This document shows, piece by piece, positions 36,548 to 42,953 of a stretch of 42,953 nt of DNA. The notes beneath the pieces are model-generated. The model worked only from the letters and a program-made list of their open reading frames with translations, was not told the DNA's origin and ran no database searches. The translations under genes and the position numbers were made by a program. Source of the DNA: Toensbergia leucococca (lineage: Eukaryota); contig JALDZS010000194.1 in the NCBI GenBank assembly GCA_022813965.1, positions 1-42,953 of the forward strand, in the 5' to 3' direction. Each line of letters starts with the position of its first letter. Position 1 is the stretch's first letter.

Positions 36548-38322
36548 GATGCACAAGGTTCTCGATCACCTTTGAATTGTTCAATGGTCGGTAAATTAGC
36601 ACGCTTCGGAAAATGAAGATGTTAGGGACAGATGCTTCTGTATGAAGAATGTGGTAAGCCTCCATTCTTATACGTCAATCAATCCTTGTCATGTTATGAA
36701 TTCGGATTTGTTTCAGTGGATTGACCTTGTTCTCCAATACCCGACGAGCAGTCCCTCAAACCTCTAAACTCCACTCATTGATTTTCAATCCGCTTTCACC
36801 ATACCTAGTGGAATGATCACGGAATTGTCGTAAGTGTCCATTCATCCCAAATGATGATTGAATTTATGGTGCAATATTTGCATTTAAACTCCAGCAATGA
36901 TGGCCTTCTTGCGACATCCAGGGAGGTGGCAATACTGCCACAGAATTTTCGATAGACGCCTAGCTAGAATTTACAAACGAGGGTGTACTTTTGCATACGC
37001 TTGTAAATGATCAAGGGTAGTAGAGACTGCTGCTATGATTGTTGATGCGGCACATGGAGACTTGGAGAATTCAAGTGTGATAAGTGCGAGTGAAACCATG
37101 GGTAATAATCCATGACAGACAATGCAAGCCACATTGGCCAAGGACTAGAGTGTGGTCTATTGACAAGGCGGTGAGCGGCGGAAGAGATCAATATGACCAA
37201 TTTGTAACAGGAGATCAAGTAAAATGCAAGGCTTTGTATCAAGCTCAAGGCAGTGCCTGGGTTAAAATGACACTGAAAGACCTACCTATGGCGTCAGTTG
37301 AAGGGTGAAGATTGTTGTAAGTCTCAACTCGACGTGTAGATAGCGCTGTAGGGTAACTTCTTAAGTATGCTTGCACAACCCGCATGATATCCCGGGGCTA
37401 TGCAGGACGGAACACAAGGCTTATGAATCCGGCGTAGACTGATCTCGTGGTTGGCTGGCATATGTTGCGAATTGGATCACTTGATCGCGCCGTGGGAGGA
37501 TGGAATTGCTATGTGGCCCCCACAATATAATCCACTCGGGGCTCGAGCCTCGAGCGAATGGCTGCGACCCCCGAATAAGCGCAGTTTTAGCTTCCGTAAT
37601 AGTTCTCGCCATTCAAAGGCAGATTTGGAAGGAAGCAGGGAGTAATCTTGTAATTTCTTTGCTTGAGTCCTTCTAGACATGCCTAAAGGGGCATTAACCA
37701 TCCAGAGCTCGAAACCCAGCTGAGAGGCACTCGAATAATAATTCAAAACCTGGCGCGTGTGAGTGCGGATTACTGCCGAAGAGCACACGCATTCAGCACA
37801 GGAGTAATGCTGATGAAGCTGCCAATATCGCTGTGCACTGAATATGTATTCAATCAGCTTGTTCGGGTGTAAAGCATCTCCGAGTCTCCTATTCCCCAAG
37901 CCAGTACGGCTATCCGTATGAAGTTTGCCTAGGTATTTCCTTGGGGGCCTCGCCTATTCCAACTCAACAGTATAAGCGCTCGAGTGACTATCCTCCAACC
38001 CATAATCATCTTCAACGATAGATGACAAACGTGGTGAAGGAGCAAGTTCCATGGCGTGATGATAGGGGGAAAGCTGAGCTGCAAATTATCAAGCTCGTCT
38101 GCATAATCCAAGTGAGAGGAGTAGTGTTTCAAACTCGCCAGTGAACCAAACACCACAGAAGATGACAACAAAGATACAACTATTCTGATTCGCTAGTTAA
38201 GGTGACTCAAAAGTTGGCTTGTTCCAGCTACTTCACAGAAGTGGAAAGAACACCTTGAAGACCTTACATGAGGATCTAGACAGATGTGTTCCGTTACTTT
38301 AGATCTAGTTGGCACAATGAAT

Positions 38323-40673
38323 TTATATCGGTGCTACTCTCCTTACTCGCATTCTCATGCCATCATTTGGTTTTGCCGTAATTTTCCGAATCTGCACGTC
38401 CCAATATCAACAATCAGACTTTCTTCACAACAGAAGTGAGCCTATTCTTCTACGTACGCTGTATAACTCTTTGTATTTGGTATCGTAAACCTTCTCAAAC
38501 TCGAAGGTGTTGATGATCAAGGCTAGGATAACTTTCGTTTCCAGATAGACGAGTTCCTGATTCCATCGTTAGAGAGGTGATAGGTCATTGCGATTTGGGG
38601 AATGTATGAACCTGGCCTATGCAAGCCCGAGGACCTCTCTCGAAGGGACGGAATGCGAAGATTGGAACATTCCACTCGGTTGTATCTAAGAAGCGATCGG
38701 GGTTGAAGACTTCGACATCCGGGCCCCAGTACTGTGAAAAGACGATCAGCTAAAACAGCCTTGACACATATCCGAAAGACAGCTAACTATCACAGACCTC
38801 GGGATTCATATGATGTAGAAGATTGGGCATGTACAGCGCCTGTGTCACAAGTCAACTAATTTGAGTTGCCAATTTGATTTACAGAAGGGCCAGGTTTCGG
38901 GTACAAACATGGTTATCGAGGTTATACGTTTGGCCGTTGTATTCCGCCGTGAGGTTGTTACCTTTGGGAGACCACCTGGAGCCCGAGGCAACCGTGTGGA
39001 CACGTAAAGTCTGCGCGGGATATTATGATCGATATGCCAATGGGCTGCGGATATTGACATACTTCTTTGATCACTGCGGTAGTATATGACATCCCTTGAA
39101 GTACCTTCTCTGGGTGATGGGTAAAAAGTTCCTCAACCCGATCATGATAACCCGCGGGCTCGACGCCGAATAAAGATTGATGTTCTTTACGGAGCCGTTC
39201 GAGCACCTTGGGTTGAACGCTTAGTTCGTAAAACAGCCATTGCAGAAGGCTTGAAGTCGTATCGTGTCCCCTGAGCAGGATACTGTGAGCAATCAAGGTT
39301 TGCAAGACATCAGGAGGAAATGTGTTTTACGCCTAAGTCGCAAGAAGTTAGAATGGGAGATTTAGACCTAGGAGGTGCATAGCATACGAGGAGAACTGTC
39401 GAGGAAGGTCAGTAGTGCACATGCATAGTTGGACAGTAGAGATACATACAGGTCTTGATCTGATCTCGAGGCTCTGATAACAGGAGTCAGAGATCATTAA
39501 TTAATCGAAGATCCAAGGTTGGAACGTACTGATCTTGAGTTCCGGTCTAGACATAATGCTCTTTTCGTCTTTCATTGCAAGAGATACAATTGATCTCTGA
39601 TTCAAGCCCTCTTTATTTCGAGAAGCATTCTCAACTTCACGGTCTACGGCTTTATCGAGTTTACTGCAACCATAACTCGAATCAGTATCGTGTGCCACAT
39701 TACACATTCGATAGGAGTTATTGACTTGACGTAGTAGCTCATAGCAATCGGTCGCAAAGGATTGAATAAATGGAAAGGGTTCAATCTCTCTCTTTCAATC
39801 TGCCAGTCAATGCAACCCTTAAAGCCAGTAACCAAGTCTCCGTCTTCCGTCTGAGCGTTTACGGAACGACCCAAAACGATAGCGGTTATGATGTCAATAG
39901 TCAAGGACGTGATGAAATCTCCAAGGGTAATTGTCTGACCAACCGACTTGTCTATTTTGGCTGTAAAGATTTTGACCTCATGGATAATCTCTGGTAGAAG
40001 AGTTTGAAGGTATCTAGAGTTGAAGCCTGAAGCGCAAGCATTAATCGAACAGGTAGCATATTTCAAAGGTAGAAGAGAACAGTACCAGGATTGTATTGCT
40101 TTCTGATGATCTTCCACTTCTCTCCTTTTCAGTAAATGTTTAGTTAGCTAGAACGCTGAGGATCTGCCCGAGGCATTGTGGATGGTAAATACACACCACC
40201 GACCTTCAGGATGCCAGATTCTCCGAGAAAAGCATCTAGATCGTCATAGGAAGCATTCTTGCCAAATCCGTATGGATGATCCGGGGTAGACTTGGATAGG
40301 CTTTCGGCCAATTCGGCGTCGGCAACAATAACAACATTCGGTATTTGCATAGGCCAAGCATCGATGAAGTAGAAGGGCGGCTTTTTCAGGTCCTTCCAGA
40401 TCTGAAAACATGCGTAATCTACTCCCGGGCCTTGAGTTATTCATCTATCAAGACACAAGGCAATGCAGGGGATCACGTGCCGAAGTGTTTGTCGTCCTTG
40501 ACATATTTAGCCATGGTGGCCATATGTCCCCATAGTCGACTATGGGCAAGTCCTGGAGCATTCCGATAGTGGGAGCGGACTTTGACGAGAGCGGTAGTGA
40601 AGCGGATGGCTACATAGGCTACAGCAGAGAAGCCAACAAGCAGAAGGGCCGTGGAGCTGTCCATGGTAGTCAT
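38323..40673 (-). CDS. Cytochrome P450 monooxygenase, many introns
   Basis: N-terminal TM anchor, HSRLWGHM, C-helix KWKIIRKQYNPGF, I-helix QIKTFLLAGHDTTSS (built from micro-exons), K-helix VIKE|TLR, FNPDRF, heme motif FRPFERGPRACIGQ, and a last exon IRKITAKPNDGMRMRV...TAA at 38323-38325. Confidence 0.9.
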
Positions 40674-41586
40674 GCAATGCTTTCCTCGGTCTCTCTCGGG
40701 ATGGCAGCAGGATGGTGAAGAGATGTCGTCGGTCCATGGTTTTAGTGTTGTTGATATTAGGATTCATCTAATTTAGTGGCTGAGGCTGAAGTGAATCTCC
40801 AAAGTCAACACTAAGATGTCTGTACGGATATTCTACAGGGTACAAGGTACGAGGGACGGTGTCATATTATGCCGATTCCACCCGCCAAAACTTACTCTGC
40901 TCTTCTGTTATCATGTCAGGTGACTCGAGCTTATCAATCTTATCAAACACCCCACAATGACGTCGGTGTTGAATAAAGTCATGGTGCGAGTACTCGTATC
41001 CGTACCACAACTCCCACTCTTCTACTCCATCAGTCTCTTCCTTTTCCAAATCCGACCATCTTACTCGGATGGCACCGACACGCTTTGAATAATTCTTTGA
41101 TCATCGGGTGCATGTGTCTTGATCAAGGATGATAGAAAAATAGTACGGAGAAAGCCTTTGCGATAAGACATCAAGACCAAGCCGCAGTCTCTGGATTGGC
41201 TCATTCCAGGTCATCATCTCATCATCTTTATCTGCCAATATACGTGCAGCTACATCCCGTTACCACGAGCCACCGTTGTCGATAAGCTATGGGCTAAGCT
41301 TTGATCATCGCCTTGTGACGCCATCATCGGCTTGGACCCTGAGACCTCCAAGTCGACAATGACCGCATTCCATCACTTCCATAACCGGCGATCGCAGTCA
41401 CATCCCCTTGATCGTGTGCTTTGTTATGTCCCGCTTCTCCGTTGGCAAAAAATGAATTTTCTTATAATGCCAGTCCGCATGTGCAAATATCCCCATCCAG
41501 AAAACTTCTTTGAAAAAACCACAGTCGCTTTTACTGACTCTCAGGATCGTAACCTGCTCAAATAAACCATCATCTCAAATACAGTC

Positions 41587-41995
41587 ATGGATCAACAGCA
41601 AGCGCCTCCCGTCCCTGGCGTAGCCGATAATCGCGATTATCTCGACAAAGGTTCATCCCTCTTCTGTCCATTACTTGAACATCTCAATCTTGATTCATAC
41701 CTCGCTAACCGCCTTTTTTCCAGCCCTCGACTTTATCGAGAAGAAAATTGCCCCCACCCGTTTCAACGACGACCCCAACACCATGGCCAAGAATCGCGCC
41801 ATGAATGAGAAAATCACAGACGCAATACGCAAGGCTTTTGAAAAGGTTACCGGGTAGGTACTATTTCTCCCCTTCAATGCATCATCCGCCTCTCGAAAAA
41901 GATTGAGTCGTAGAAGTATGTTTGGGATAGTAGTTTAGGGCTAATGGCTGTGGGTTCTCTTTAGGCGGAAGGTACCTCCTAAGTTCTCCAACTAA
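41587..41995 (+). CDS. Small conserved fungal hypothetical protein (~74 aa, 3 exons)
   Basis: Exons 41587-41650, 41724-41853 and 41965-41995 give MDQQ...RDYLDKALDFIEKK...NRAMNEKITDAIRKAFEKVTGRKVPPKFSN. Introns have ctaac/ctaat branch sites. The pattern is recalled from widespread small ascomycete proteins. Confidence 0.82.
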
Positions 41996-42851
41996 GTAGC
42001 ATGTCTTTGAGGGAACCACGAGCGTGAAGCGATGGCAGCTGGATTGATGGTCTTTGGCAATGATTCCCCACGGATGTTTTCTTTCTCCTGTTGCCTTATA
42101 TGGCAGAACACGGCCACAGGAAGCAAGTTTGGCTCTCATAATAGCTCTCATAATAGCTCTAATTAATTAGATGATTATCCCACGGCTCGCACAATGTAGT
42201 TTTTGCGCTCCAAGCGTATCTTGCTTTTATTTGTGAGATTTTTCTTACCATCTTGTTCTCCCATCCGATTGTACTTTGAGCCCGCCTGTGTCTAGAACCT
42301 CCTCGCCATGAGTAATATAGACGCCCTCAACTTCAAAGAACAGTCATCACAGCTTCTTAGTAGATACTTTACTTACCTTTACTCCACTCTCCCGCACAGA
42401 CACCTGCTGTTACAATCTTCTGTCACTATTGGACGGATCCACTCATGAAAAAGTCAAAAACAGGACTACTGAGCTCAAACAAGTTAGGAATCTAATGACA
42501 ATATTCCAGTCATCTCCATCAGTGACAGAAAACATATACTCTCAGAACTTGATATTGTTAATAGAGGTTGCTGTTTGGTGGTTCAGTAGGTCATAGCATG
42601 AAAATTTGAGTAAAGGCATTCTGTAAGGTAGGTAAAATCGGATGCTCGATACTCTAGGATATATACGGAGATATCGAGCAAAGCGATCTATTTACGGATG
42701 TCCCGGTTATATAAGGGACAAGGGGGATAAGGGGAAATGAGCACGAATAGAATACCTTAGATGATCTGATCGGGACTAATCGTGCCAAGGTATGGTCATT
42801 TCGTCATTTCATCCGAATCCTCCCCACCAAAGGTTCCACCTTTAGTGCCCA

Positions 42852-42885
42852 TCAGCTCAACGTCGCATTCAGCTCAACGTCGCAT
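42852..42885. repeat. Perfect 17-bp tandem duplication (TCAGCTCAACGTCGCAT x2)
   Basis: Directly visible in intergenic DNA. Confidence 0.9.
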
Positions 42886-42953
42886 AATCTATAGAATTGA
42901 ACTTCATTATTTATCCTACCAACGATGCAAGATAAGCAACCCTTTCTGACTTA

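Noticed and set aside
42132..42160. 12-bp tandem GCTCTCATAATA (similar short duplication at ~30139-30161)
   Set aside because: Simple slippage duplications with no spacers, TIRs or other mobile-element or CRISPR structure.

Overview
Intron-containing genomic DNA from a filamentous ascomycete (Pezizomycotina). The secreted-protein families weakly suggest a lichen-forming lineage, which is inference only. About 15 protein-coding loci can be reconstructed by hand. From left to right: a secreted DPBB/expansin-like gene; a decaying HeLo-like-N + ankyrin gene; a divergently oriented chimeric HeLo-like-N + Cdc25-type RasGEF gene; a SET/MYND methyltransferase; a small secreted protein; CHIP (TPR/U-box E3 ligase); a Nudix hydrolase; two divergent conserved hypothetical genes; class 2 dihydroorotate dehydrogenase; a C2H2/fungal-specific transcription factor; three secreted Cys-containing proteins (one frameshifted); a heavily spliced cytochrome P450; and a small conserved fungal protein. 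No rRNA, tRNA, CRISPR array or recognisable transposon was found. The most interesting signals are: (i) the head-to-head pair of HeLo-like-domain genes, one fused to a RasGEF module (possible guard/decoy immune receptor); (ii) a gene whose last 16 codons are encoded twice, once inside a putative intron and once after it; (iii) a P450 whose I-helix needs 24-, 8- and 2-nt micro-exons and whose first intron is GC-AG. All exon structures are manual predictions without transcript data.
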